Positions 16,801 to 24,401 of a DNA stretch of 32,000 nt are shown in pieces (position 1 is the stretch's first letter; each line of letters opens with the position of its first letter). The position numbers and the translations under genes are program-made. This DNA is from Candidatus Methanophagaceae archaeon (GTDB lineage Archaea; Halobacteriota; Syntropharchaeia; Alkanophagales; Methanospirareceae). The stretch spans positions 1,030,444 to 1,062,443 of the forward strand of contig PQXB01000001.1 in the NCBI GenBank assembly GCA_003194425.1. The letters run 5' to 3'. The notes beneath the pieces are model-generated. The model was given only the letters and a program-made list of their open reading frames with translations. It was not told the DNA's origin and searched no databases.

Positions 16801-17205
16801 ATGATAGAAAACGCAGTAGTGGTGGGTTTGGTGCTCGGGTTTTGCGTAATTATGGATCTAGCGATTCTTGTGCTCAGCAAAATCCTGCCGATTTATTTCC
16901 CGTCGGCGGTGAAGCAGTCGCGGTGGGAGGCGGGGAACCTGCCGATAGAACGCCCGAAATACACGCTTCCGATGCAGTATTTTGGATTTATGTTTATGTT
17001 TATGGCTGCGGAGCCGATTCTCGTTGTCCTGCTCCTGCTCTCCGCTTACCCGACTACAGATTTCATTCTCCTTCTGCTGCTCGCTCTGCTGCTCCTCGTT
17101 CCTGCGATTTGGGTGGGCTACAAGGCGGCTCTTGAAATGGCGGCTGGTGGCTCAAAACATAGTGGCTCAAAACAAAAACAATTCAAAAATAAAAATAAAA
17201 GTTGA
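16801..17205 (+). CDS. nuoA: F420H2 dehydrogenase / NADH-quinone oxidoreductase subunit A
   Basis: About 134 aa with 3 TM helices. The motif WEAGNLPIERPKYTLPMQYFGFMFMFMAAEP resembles the NuoA loop (ECG..P...F...Y). The ATG lies 2 nt after the nuoN stop. Confidence 0.7.
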   Translation: MIENAVVVGLVLGFCVIMDLAILVLSKILPIYFPSAVKQSRWEAGNLPIERPKYTLPMQYFGFMFMFMAAEPILVVLLLLSAYPTTDFILLLLLALLLLVPAIWVGYKAALEMAAGGSKHSGSKQKQFKNKNKS

Positions 17206-17222
17206 AAAGAAAAAAGAAAAAG

Positions 17223-19709
17223 ATGGAAAAAGACGAGAAAGACAGGAATATTCGCATTCTCCGTTCTGGCGTTCTGGCGCCGCTGAAGAGGTGGGGCACG
17301 AAGTGGAGCCTCTGGCCGTGTCATTTCGTCACCTCGTGCTGCGGCGTTGAACTGGCGCACGCTTTTGGGTCAGGGTTTGACGGCGAGAGGTTGGGCACTC
17401 TAAATATGGGCATCTCAAGGCAGGCGAATTTCATCATCGTTGAAGGCACGATTACGCGGAAGATGGCACGAGCGCTGCGAATCGTCTGGGAGCAGATGCC
17501 CGACCCGAAGTTTGTGAATGTCATCGGAGCGTGCGGGCAGCGGGGCGGAATTTTCTGGAACAGCTACAACATTACTCGCCCTTCGGAAATCGTTCCTGTG
17601 GATTTCTTCATTCCCGGCTGCCCCGTAACGCCAGAAAGTCTTTTACGAGGCGTTCGAGCGGTTCAAGACAAAATCGTCGGCAAAGACGAGACAACGATAA
17701 AATTTAAGCACGTGGAATTACCCTCTGAGAGCAGTAAGAAAGGCAGGGAGAGCCTGGTGCCGACGACGCCGAAAATATTTGCACCCACTCCGCTGGTTCG
17801 TGTGGATTTTCCGAGAGCGAGCGAGGGCGGGGTTGAGTGGGAGTTTGGGAAGGGGCTGGTGAAGAATCTAAAGGCTCAACTGTCGGGGCTTTGTGATTCT
17901 GTTACCGTCACCGACAAGAACCGAATCGCGATTAAAACGACGCCCGAGAACTTTGTGGAGGTTGCGAGGCGGCTGAGTGAGGGCGGCGGCAACGGCAGAG
18001 GGAGCGGCAGCAGTGGGAGCGGCAGCAGTGGGAGCGGCAGCAGTGGGAGCGGCAGCAGCGGCAAGATTGGGATTGACCATGTGAAGAGCGTGAATGTTGT
18101 GGATGTGCCGCACGAGAAGAAATACATAATTGAATATTTGGTCTCGAGTTACGGGGACAGCAACGGCAACGGCAGAGAACTTATGCCTGTCCTCATAAAT
18201 ATTTTCACTAAAATAAGAAGAGAGGCAAGAAGAGAGGCAGGAGCAAAAGTAAAAAAAGTAAAATCAGAAGCAGAACCGAGTTTCCCCAGCCTCACGCCTA
18301 TTTGGGAGAGTGCGGATTATTCGGAGCGGGAAATGCACGACTTCTTCGGAGTTCGGTTTGAGGGGAACGAAGGAATGAATGCGAAGTTCATTCTCGCTCC
18401 CGAGACCGAGACACCGCTGAGAAAGGATTTCAAGATTGGGGAGGAGCAGTATGTTTTTGAAGAGGGTGCTCCGCTTGACCTCCCGATTGAGCTGACCTCG
18501 GACCTCAAAATGCCCGCGCCTGAAGAACTTTATGAGGAGGCGGAGGAGAATGAGGAGGTGGTTGCTCTCGTGGGTCCGCACCACCCCGGCAGCGGACACC
18601 TGCGGTGGATAATGCGTTTAAAAGGGGATGTTATTGTGGATGTTACGCCAGACCCAGGCTACGTCCACCGGTCGATGGAGAAGCTCGCTGAAAACCGTCT
18701 CTACATTCAGAACGTTCCGCTCTTCGAGCGGGCGAACATAAGCGACCCGTTTAATATGAATCTTGGCTACGTCCGTGCGATCGAGAACGCGCTCGGAATT
18801 GAAGTTCCAGAAAAAGCGAAGTACATCAGAACGATGCTGGCGGAGCTTTCGCGAATCGGCGCCTTCTTCTACGACTCTGGGATATTCTCGCTCTTCCTCG
18901 GGCATTCAACCGGGTTTATGTATGTCTGGGCGATTCGTGAGATGATTCTTGAGGCGGTGGTAAGAATGACTGGCTCGCGGTGCACACCCTCATTCATCAT
19001 TCCCGGCGGCGTTAGGCGAGACATTCCGAGGGCGGTGCTTGACATAACGAGCAACTTCACCTCTGCGATTCACAAACGGCTGAAGAAGTTCGAGGACATT
19101 TTTATTTACAACCCCGTCTTCGTTGCGAGGACGAAGGGCGTTGGCGTGCTGACACGGGAGGAGGCGATAAAATGCGGGATCGTTGGTCCTTTCTTGCGGG
19201 CTTCGGGCGTTGAATACGACATCAGGAAAGTAGAGCCTTACGAGGCTTACGACAAACTCAACTGGGAAGCGACGAGAGGCGACGGCGACGCCGCTGACTG
19301 CCTCGGCAGGTATATGGGCAGGTACGAAGAGATAAAGCAGAGTTTGAGCATTCTGAAGCAGGCGGTGGACGCAGTGAAGCGGATGCCGAGAGGCGATGTC
19401 ATTAGCGAGGAAATCCTCGGCGACTACAAAGAGGCGTCAAAAGACATTAAGGGACACCTCTACCACGTTTACGGCAACCTCGTCCTCCCAAAAGGCGAGT
19501 GGACTTCTGTTACCGAGTCTGCTCGAGGCACGCTCCTCTACTCAATCCTGAGCGACGGCGACTCAAATGTGCCCTACCGCGTCAGAATTGTAACCCCGTG
19601 CTGGATGAATCTGCGGGGAATTATTGAGGCTTCAAAAGGAGAGCGGGTAGCCGACTTCTGGTCAATCTACGGCAGCTTCGGCTACTTCCCGCCAGAAGCG
19701 GACAGGTGA
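17223..19709 (+). CDS. nuoBCD: Fused subunits B, C and D of F420H2 dehydrogenase / NADH-quinone oxidoreductase
   Basis: The B part has SCCGVELAH, IVEGTITRKMA, GACGQRGG and IPGCPVTPE. The C part has SLTPIWESADYSEREMHDFFGVRFEG...PLRKDF. The D part has GPHHPGSGHLRWIMRLKGDVIV...GYVHRSMEKLAE...PYRVRIVTPCWMNL...PPEADR. It is a single uninterrupted ORF. I prefer the ATG at 17223 over the TTG at 17202. Confidence 0.85.
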   Translation: MEKDEKDRNIRILRSGVLAPLKRWGTKWSLWPCHFVTSCCGVELAHAFGSGFDGERLGTLNMGISRQANFIIVEGTITRKMARALRIVWEQMPDPKFVNVIGACGQRGGIFWNSYNITRPSEIVPVDFFIPGCPVTPESLLRGVRAVQDKIVGKDETTIKFKHVELPSESSKKGRESLVPTTPKIFAPTPLVRVDFPRASEGGVEWEFGKGLVKNLKAQLSGLCDSVTVTDKNRIAIKTTPENFVEVARRLSEGGGNGRGSGSSGSGSSGSGSSGSGSSGKIGIDHVKSVNVVDVPHEKKYIIEYLVSSYGDSNGNGRELMPVLINIFTKIRREARREAGAKVKKVKSEAEPSFPSLTPIWESADYSEREMHDFFGVRFEGNEGMNAKFILAPETETPLRKDFKIGEEQYVFEEGAPLDLPIELTSDLKMPAPEELYEEAEENEEVVALVGPHHPGSGHLRWIMRLKGDVIVDVTPDPGYVHRSMEKLAENRLYIQNVPLFERANISDPFNMNLGYVRAIENALGIEVPEKAKYIRTMLAELSRIGAFFYDSGIFSLFLGHSTGFMYVWAIREMILEAVVRMTGSRCTPSFIIPGGVRRDIPRAVLDITSNFTSAIHKRLKKFEDIFIYNPVFVARTKGVGVLTREEAIKCGIVGPFLRASGVEYDIRKVEPYEAYDKLNWEATRGDGDAADCLGRYMGRYEEIKQSLSILKQAVDAVKRMPRGDVISEEILGDYKEASKDIKGHLYHVYGNLVLPKGEWTSVTESARGTLLYSILSDGDSNVPYRVRIVTPCWMNLRGIIEASKGERVADFWSIYGSFGYFPPEADR
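18000..18059 (+). repeat. 15-bp x4 in-frame tandem repeat in the NuoC part of nuoBCD
   Basis: GGGAGCGGCAGCAGT occurs 4 times (the last base of copy 4 differs) and encodes GSGSS x4. A separate perfect 12-bp x2 repeat (AGAAGAGAGGCA) lies at 18216-18239. Confidence 0.9.
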
Positions 19710-19712
19710 GAA

Positions 19713-19784
19713 GAAAGGAGAGGTAAAAGGAGAAGTAAAAGGAGTGGTGAAAGGAGTGGTGAAAGGAGTGGTGAAGAAGGAGAG
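19713..19784 (+). repeat. Degenerate 12-bp x6 purine-rich repeat (GAAAGGAGTGGT family) filling the nuoBCD-nuoH spacer
   Basis: The units read GAAAGGAGAGGT, AAAAGGAGAAGT, AAAAGGAGTGGT, GAAAGGAGTGGT, GAAAGGAGTGGT, GAAGAAGGAGAG. Every unit contains an SD-like GGAG. Confidence 0.85.
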
Positions 19785-19791
19785 CTAAAAA

Positions 19792-20931
19792 ATGCAAATA
19801 CAAATACAGGAAGCAGTAAATCAAATAATGAGTGCAGTAGCGAGCAATCAGGTGAATGTGCCACTTTTACAGCCGATTCTCGACTTGGTGGCACAAATTC
19901 CAATGGCAGGTTTCCTGGTCTCGTTCGTTCTTTGGAAGCCGTTTTTCGCAGCCCTGATTTGCCCGGGGCTTTCTACACTCGGGATTTTGCTGCTCGTCTT
20001 CCCGTGGGTTGAGAGAAAGCTCTGCGGTAGGATTCAGTGGCGGGTCGGGCCGCACGAGATTGTGTGGTGGCTGGGCGGGCTACCGCAAATAATGGCAGAC
20101 TCAGTCAAGTTCCTCTTCCAAGAAGTGATTGTGCACAAGGACGCAGACCGACCTTACTACCTGCAGTTCCCGTTCCTCTCGTTCATCGCCGCCCTCCTCC
20201 CGCTGCTCTTCATCAGTGCAGGAAATATTATCGCAATAGAAACGCCCTACGCGATACAGTTAATGCTGGCGTTGATCTGTCTCTTCCCTCTCTTTATTCT
20301 CGGTCTCGGCTGGGCGTCTAACAACAGATTCTCGTTCATCGGGACCGTGCGGGAGGCGTTTATGTCTTTCGCCTACGAGATTCCGTTCATCATTGCGGTT
20401 CTCGCGATGATCGTTCTGTACGGCACTTCTAATCCGCTGCAGATGTCAAGCACAGGCGGACTGTTGGAGTGGGGACTTTTCCGTAATCCTGTTGCAGCAT
20501 TCACATTTTTTGTCGCTGCTGCGATGGCGACTTCGCGGCTGCCCTTTGAAATCGCGGAGGCGGAGCAGGAGTTAGCTGCGGGACCGCATGTTGAGTATTC
20601 TGGGATTTCGTTCGGGCTCATTTATGTAATGTGCTACGAGAAGGCGTATATTTTGAGCGGCTTGATGACGATTTTATTTCTTGGCGGGGGCAGCGGTCCT
20701 GCAATTTCGGGGCTTGGCGACCTCTCGGGTGCGGTGTGGTTCTTGGCGAAGACGGTGGTTGTGATGACGACTTTGTTTGCTCTTCGGACGATTTACCCGC
20801 GGTACAGGCTTGACCAGGGTTTGAAAATCGGCTGGGGTGCGATGATTTCGTTGTCGCTGGTCGCACTTGCGTTGTCGGTTGTGATTGTGTTGGTGCAGGG
20901 AGGAATTGGTGGTGTAGAGGGAGTGGTGTAG
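19792..20931 (+). CDS. nuoH: F420H2 dehydrogenase / NADH-quinone oxidoreductase subunit H
   Basis: 379 aa and polytopic, with motifs VERKLCGRIQWRVGPHE and PFEIAEAEQELAAGPHVEYSG (the NuoH PFD..E.E.EL..G...EYS motif). Confidence 0.85.
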   Translation: MQIQIQEAVNQIMSAVASNQVNVPLLQPILDLVAQIPMAGFLVSFVLWKPFFAALICPGLSTLGILLLVFPWVERKLCGRIQWRVGPHEIVWWLGGLPQIMADSVKFLFQEVIVHKDADRPYYLQFPFLSFIAALLPLLFISAGNIIAIETPYAIQLMLALICLFPLFILGLGWASNNRFSFIGTVREAFMSFAYEIPFIIAVLAMIVLYGTSNPLQMSSTGGLLEWGLFRNPVAAFTFFVAAAMATSRLPFEIAEAEQELAAGPHVEYSGISFGLIYVMCYEKAYILSGLMTILFLGGGSGPAISGLGDLSGAVWFLAKTVVVMTTLFALRTIYPRYRLDQGLKIGWGAMISLSLVALALSVVIVLVQGGIGGVEGVV

Positions 20932-20980
20932 AGGGAGTGGTGTAGAGGGAGTAGTGTAGAGGGAGTAGTGTAGGTAGAGT
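20911..20980 (+). repeat. 14-bp x5 tandem repeat containing the nuoH stop codon
   Basis: GGTGTAGAGGGAGT occurs at 20911, 20925 and 20939 (perfect), at 20953 (1 mismatch) and at 20967 (3 mismatches). The nuoH TAG at 20929-20931 lies inside unit 2. Confidence 0.9.
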
Positions 20981-20999
20981 AAGGAAGAGAGGTGTAAAT

Positions 21000-21758
21000 A
21001 TGAAAAAGGTTTCAGTTTCGGAACAGGGCTTGGTAGAGAAGGCAAAGAGGCACGCAGCCGCCGTAGGAGTGGCGATGAAGGAATCGGTAACGCCGCTGAC
21101 TGCGACGGTGTTTTATCCGAGAGAGAGGAAGAAGATGCCGGACAATTTCCGTGGCTACCTCTTGTTCGACCCTGAGAAGTGCATAAACTGTTGGGAGTGT
21201 GCTTTTATTTGCCCTGCAAACGCGATTCAAATGAAAAAGGCACCGGCACCGAACAACCGCTTTTACCCGACGGTAGACTACGGTAAGTGCATTTTCTGCC
21301 ACTTTTGCATCGATTCCTGCTCTGGCGGTGCGTTGAGGACGACGAAGATTCACGATGTCGCCTACAGGGAAATGGGGGAGATGCTGACGCTTACCGAGGA
21401 GATGATTGAGCCGCCGGAGATAATTCGCGAGGACAAGAAGTCGGTGGAGTATGAAATTGAGAAGGACGATTTGCACTTGAAGAGGACGCGAGAGGTAGAC
21501 GGTCTTTTCGTCGAACCGACGCCGCCGGTGGAGATTCCTATGGTGAGTCAGTGCGTCGACAGGGCGAGCTGTCTCGGCTGTCGGGTCTGCGAAGAGGTCT
21601 GCGAGAGCGGTGCGATTTCGTCTTCTTCGGCAGAGGGGGTGTTGGAAGCAGAAGGGGTGTTGAGAATGAAAATAGATATTGAGAAGTGCACGGGCTGCGG
21701 GTTGTGCGTTAAGGAGTGTTCGATGCAGATTTTACGGCTTGTTAGAAGAGGGAAGTGA
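21000..21758 (+). CDS. nuoI: F420H2 dehydrogenase / NADH-quinone oxidoreductase subunit I with an additional C-terminal 2x[4Fe-4S] ferredoxin domain
   Basis: The NuoI core has FRGYLLFDPEKCINCWECAFICP and CIFCHFCIDSC. An approximately 110-aa extension carries CLGCRVCEEVCESG and CTGCGLCVKECS. Confidence 0.8.
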   Translation: MKKVSVSEQGLVEKAKRHAAAVGVAMKESVTPLTATVFYPRERKKMPDNFRGYLLFDPEKCINCWECAFICPANAIQMKKAPAPNNRFYPTVDYGKCIFCHFCIDSCSGGALRTTKIHDVAYREMGEMLTLTEEMIEPPEIIREDKKSVEYEIEKDDLHLKRTREVDGLFVEPTPPVEIPMVSQCVDRASCLGCRVCEEVCESGAISSSSAEGVLEAEGVLRMKIDIEKCTGCGLCVKECSMQILRLVRRGK

Positions 21759-21777
21759 GAAGGAGGTGAAAAAGAGA

Positions 21778-22857
21778 ATGGCAGCAGTAGCAGCAGAGAC
21801 AACAACAGGGCAGTCGGAATGGGAAGTGGCGGTTCCCGAGAAACCGCTGAAGGAGAAGGTGTATTTTGAGAATCTGAAGGCGCAGGTGATTGACACGGAG
21901 TTGTGCAGTCGGTGTTTGACCTGCGCGGCTGTCTGCCCTGCCCTGCCTGAGGGGATAACTTTAACGGCAGACGACAAAGTGGGTTTCCCGGACTACGAGG
22001 AGAAGTGTCTTGACTGCGGTGCGTGTGTGCGTGTCTGCCCGCGGTTTGAGTACGAGCCGAAGAGCGGGCTGGGAGAGTACACAGACTTCATCGCAGGGCA
22101 GTCAAAACGGTTCAAAGGGCAGGACGGAGCAATGGTAACCGAACTCATCGTCTCTGCGATTGAAATGGGGCTGATTGACCGTGGCTTGTTTGTGGGCAGG
22201 GACAACAGGTGGGCGACCAACATCTTCCACGTGCGCGACCCCGAGCAACTCGCGATTACAACGCTCGGCGGGACGAAATACACTTTTGCAAGCGTGCTTC
22301 CGGAGTTGAAGCGAGCGGTGCTGCTGACGAAGAGCGGTGTGGGTGTCGTCGGGACGCCGTGCATCGTCTCGGGCGTCAGAAAGCTGCAGCAGGAATTCCC
22401 GATTTTCCGCGAGAAGGTGAAACTCGTTGTCGGGCTGTTCTGCACCGAGAATTTTCACCACACCGAGATTTCTGACTACCTGCAGAAGAAGGGCGTAGAT
22501 TTCTCGAAACTCGTAAAGACCGACATAACGATGGGTAAGTTCATCGCCACGATGACTAACAAGACGGTGAAGTTCAAGGTGAAGGCACTTGAGAAGATTC
22601 TTCCAAGCGGCTGCAATGTTTGTACTGATTTTACCGCGGTCGAAGCCGACGCGAGCGTGGGCAGCGTGGGCAGCGCAGCGGGATTCTCGACCGTAGCGGT
22701 GCGCAACGAAAACGCACGCAGAGTTGTAGAGTTCATTAAAAAGCGGGGCTACGCGGATTTTGGCGAGGGAAAGCCGGAAGAGCTGGCGTTCCTTGTCGGG
22801 CATAAGAAGAAGCGGGCGGAGAACATTCCGGGATTCCAGGACCAGGAAGATAAATGA
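21778..22857 (+). CDS. fpoF: F420H2 dehydrogenase subunit F (FrhB/FpoF/FqoF family, F420-binding input module)
   Basis: The N-terminus has CSRCLTCAAVCP and CLDCGACVRVCP. The FrhB-type core has GGTKYTFASV, VVGTPCIVSGVRKL and VGLFCTENFHH. An AGGAGGTGA SD lies upstream of the ATG at 21778. Confidence 0.8.
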   Translation: MAAVAAETTTGQSEWEVAVPEKPLKEKVYFENLKAQVIDTELCSRCLTCAAVCPALPEGITLTADDKVGFPDYEEKCLDCGACVRVCPRFEYEPKSGLGEYTDFIAGQSKRFKGQDGAMVTELIVSAIEMGLIDRGLFVGRDNRWATNIFHVRDPEQLAITTLGGTKYTFASVLPELKRAVLLTKSGVGVVGTPCIVSGVRKLQQEFPIFREKVKLVVGLFCTENFHHTEISDYLQKKGVDFSKLVKTDITMGKFIATMTNKTVKFKVKALEKILPSGCNVCTDFTAVEADASVGSVGSAAGFSTVAVRNENARRVVEFIKKRGYADFGEGKPEELAFLVGHKKKRAENIPGFQDQEDK

Positions 22858-22860
22858 AAA

Positions 22861-22893
22861 GTGTGTAGTGTAAGTCTGAGTGTAGTGTAGTCT
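22861..22893. repeat. Imperfect 16-17 bp x2 repeat just after the fpoF stop
   Basis: GTGTGTAGTGTAAGTCT is followed by GAGTGTAGTGTAGTCT. Confidence 0.5.
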
Positions 22894-22920
22894 CGGCAAG
22901 TTTTGTTTCTGTCGTTGAGA

Positions 22921-22937
22921 GTTTTTTATTTTTTATC
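22921..22937 (+). terminator. Oligo-T tract, candidate archaeal terminator of the fqo operon (overlaps the tfe promoter region)
   Basis: GTTTTTTATTTTTTATC lies 64 nt after the fpoF stop. An additional GTTTTGTTT occurs at 22900. Confidence 0.4.
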
Positions 22938-22971
22938 TAAATTATATTTAATAGTGGTGAGAGAGTTAGAG

Positions 22972-23484
22972 ATGTTAGAGCCAGAGAACCTCGTAGTGCG
23001 GGAGTATTTCAGCAAGCTGCTCGGGAAAGAAGGGCTGAGAATACTGGAGACTGTTCCCGACGACGAAGAGATAACGGACGAAGAAATAGCACGGCTGAGC
23101 GAGACAAAACTAACTACTGTGCGACGGATGCTTTACACCTTGTACGAGAACCGAATAGCCGAGTACAGGACGGAACGAGACGACGAGAGCGGTTGGATAA
23201 CTTATTTGTGGCGGTTCAACCGCGAGAATATTAAAAAATTAATGCGGGCGGAGGCGGAGGAGCTGCTGAAGGATTTGGAGAGCCAGCTTGAAGAAGAACG
23301 CGAGGGCGTGTTTTACCAGTGTAACTGCCAGCGTGTCTTGTTTGAAGAGGCGGCGGCGAGGGAGTTTTGGTGCGACGAGTGTGGCTCGGATTTTGAGTTC
23401 GTTGAGAATTCTGGTGTGATAAAAGAGTTAAAAGAGGAAGTGGAAGAGATTGAGAAGTGGATGCAGGAGATAAAAAGAAAATAA
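22972..23484 (+). CDS. tfe: Transcription factor E (TFE-alpha, TFIIE-alpha homologue)
   Basis: The winged-helix part is ITDEEIARLSETKLTTVRRMLYTLYENRIAEYRTERDDESGWITYLW. The zinc ribbon is CNCQ...CDECG. The ATG at 22972 is preceded by an AT-rich TATA-like stretch AAATTATATTTAAT. Confidence 0.8.
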   Translation: MLEPENLVVREYFSKLLGKEGLRILETVPDDEEITDEEIARLSETKLTTVRRMLYTLYENRIAEYRTERDDESGWITYLWRFNRENIKKLMRAEAEELLKDLESQLEEEREGVFYQCNCQRVLFEEAAAREFWCDECGSDFEFVENSGVIKELKEEVEEIEKWMQEIKRK

Positions 23485-23972
23485 GGCGTGAGTGCGTGGC
23501 GTTACTGCGAGCGGCGGGGTGCGACGAGGCGGTTGTAAAACACTGCGTCGCGGTTGCTGAACTTGCTCTTGAGGTTGCTCGGCGTCACAACAGAGGAGTG
23601 GACAAGAGATTGGTTTTTGAGGGTGCGTTGCTGCACGACTTGGGCAGGGCTCGGTCGCACGGGGTTGAGCACGGGTTCGTGGGTGGCGAAATGGCGAAGG
23701 AGTTGGGGCTGGAGGAGAGAGTAGTAAGAATAATTCAGAGGCACGTGGGTGCGGGGCTAACCGCGGCGGAGGCAGAGCGGGCGGGGCTGCCGGCTGAGGA
23801 TTTTATGCCTGAGACGACGGAGGAGAAAATAGTAGCAGACGCGGACAACTTGATCGACGGAGTGCGGAGAACGAGCGTAGAAGAGGCGGTCGAGGAGTTT
23901 AAGAGGAAATTGGGCGCGGGACACCCGACCGTAAAAAGGGTGGTAAAACTGCACGAGGAAGTGCAGGGGTAA
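23457..23972 (+). CDS. HD-domain metal-dependent phosphohydrolase (TIGR00295-like)
   Basis: Motifs seen are HCVAVAELALEVA, GALLHDLGR and RIIQRHVGAG. The start is uncertain; the GTG at 23457 overlaps the tfe end by 28 nt. Confidence 0.65.
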   Translation: MDAGDKKKIRRECVALLRAAGCDEAVVKHCVAVAELALEVARRHNRGVDKRLVFEGALLHDLGRARSHGVEHGFVGGEMAKELGLEERVVRIIQRHVGAGLTAAEAERAGLPAEDFMPETTEEKIVADADNLIDGVRRTSVEEAVEEFKRKLGAGHPTVKRVVKLHEEVQG

Positions 23973-23978
23973 CGGAGC

Positions 23979-24041
23979 CGGGAAAGAGCGGGAAAGAGTG
24001 GGAAAGGGCGGGGAAGGGTGCTGGGGGGGTGAGGGGGGTGG
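23979..24041 (+). repeat. G-rich tract in a convergent intergenic region: four approximately 10-bp units followed by G7 and G6 runs
   Basis: The sequence reads CGGGAAAGAG CGGGAAAGAG TGGGAAAGGG CGGGGAAGGG TGCTGGGGGGGTGAGGGGGGTGG. It has eight runs of 3 or more G within 62 nt, between the HD stop (23972) and the rpl24 stop (24042). Confidence 0.85.
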
Positions 24042-24401
24042 TCACTCCCTCGTCAACGCCCTTTCCCTCAGTTTGTCCTTCAAGTCCAATTTCGTTAGCA
24101 CGACATTCGAGGGGTGCAGGTGTCGCGGCACCTCCGACAAGTCCGACCTCGCCACAACAACGCCCTCCACTGTTATTTTTCCCCGCTTCAAGTCGACGGA
24201 CCTCACTTTCCCCTCTTTTCCCTTCTCGTCGCCCCGCACTACCCTCACCGTGTCCCCCTTCTTCACAGGGAGACTTCTCCGCTCGTATTTCTCCCGCAGC
24301 CCCTCTGAAAGAGGCGCACCCAAAAACTTGTGTCTTAAATGCAGCGGTGCGTTAAACCGCGCTTTCCTCTGCTTTCTCGGTTGTTTTGATTTCATTTTCA
24401 T
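24042..24401 (-). CDS. rpl24: 50S ribosomal protein uL24 (L24P/L26e)
   Basis: The sequence is [60 protein letters not shown] (KOW motif) ...[12 protein letters not shown]. The true start may be the ATG at 24395, because GAGGAG abuts the first ATG. Confidence 0.85.
   Translation of the reverse strand: MKMKSKQPRKQRKARFNAPLHLRHKFLGAPLSEGLREKYERRSLPVKKGDTVRVVRGDEKGKEGKVRSVDLKRGKITVEGVVVARSDLSEVPRHLHPSNVVLTKLDLKDKLRERALTRE

Noticed and set aside
20929-20931. In-frame TAG at the nuoH end as pyrrolysine or programmed read-through
   Set aside because: Downstream sequence in that frame is just further repeat units with more TAGs and no conserved protein sequence. NuoH homology is already complete before the TAG. 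No PYLIS-like context is evident.
20911-20980. Possibility that the tandem arrays (also 30437-30492, 19713-19784 and 10008-10074) are miniature CRISPR arrays
   Set aside because: The units are directly contiguous with no spacers. They are only 12-27 bp long, lack palindromic repeat structure, and have no cas genes nearby.
22102-22899. 265-aa minus-strand ORF, with similar long antisense ORFs at 7950-8699, 24868-25539, 29119-29649, 30004-30625 and 8965-9532
   Set aside because: All lie antisense to genes with strong family motifs (fpoF, gatC/mmp5, GGR, eno, mmp15). Their translations are low-complexity and rich in R/S/P, as expected for shadow ORFs in GC-rich, purine-skewed coding DNA.
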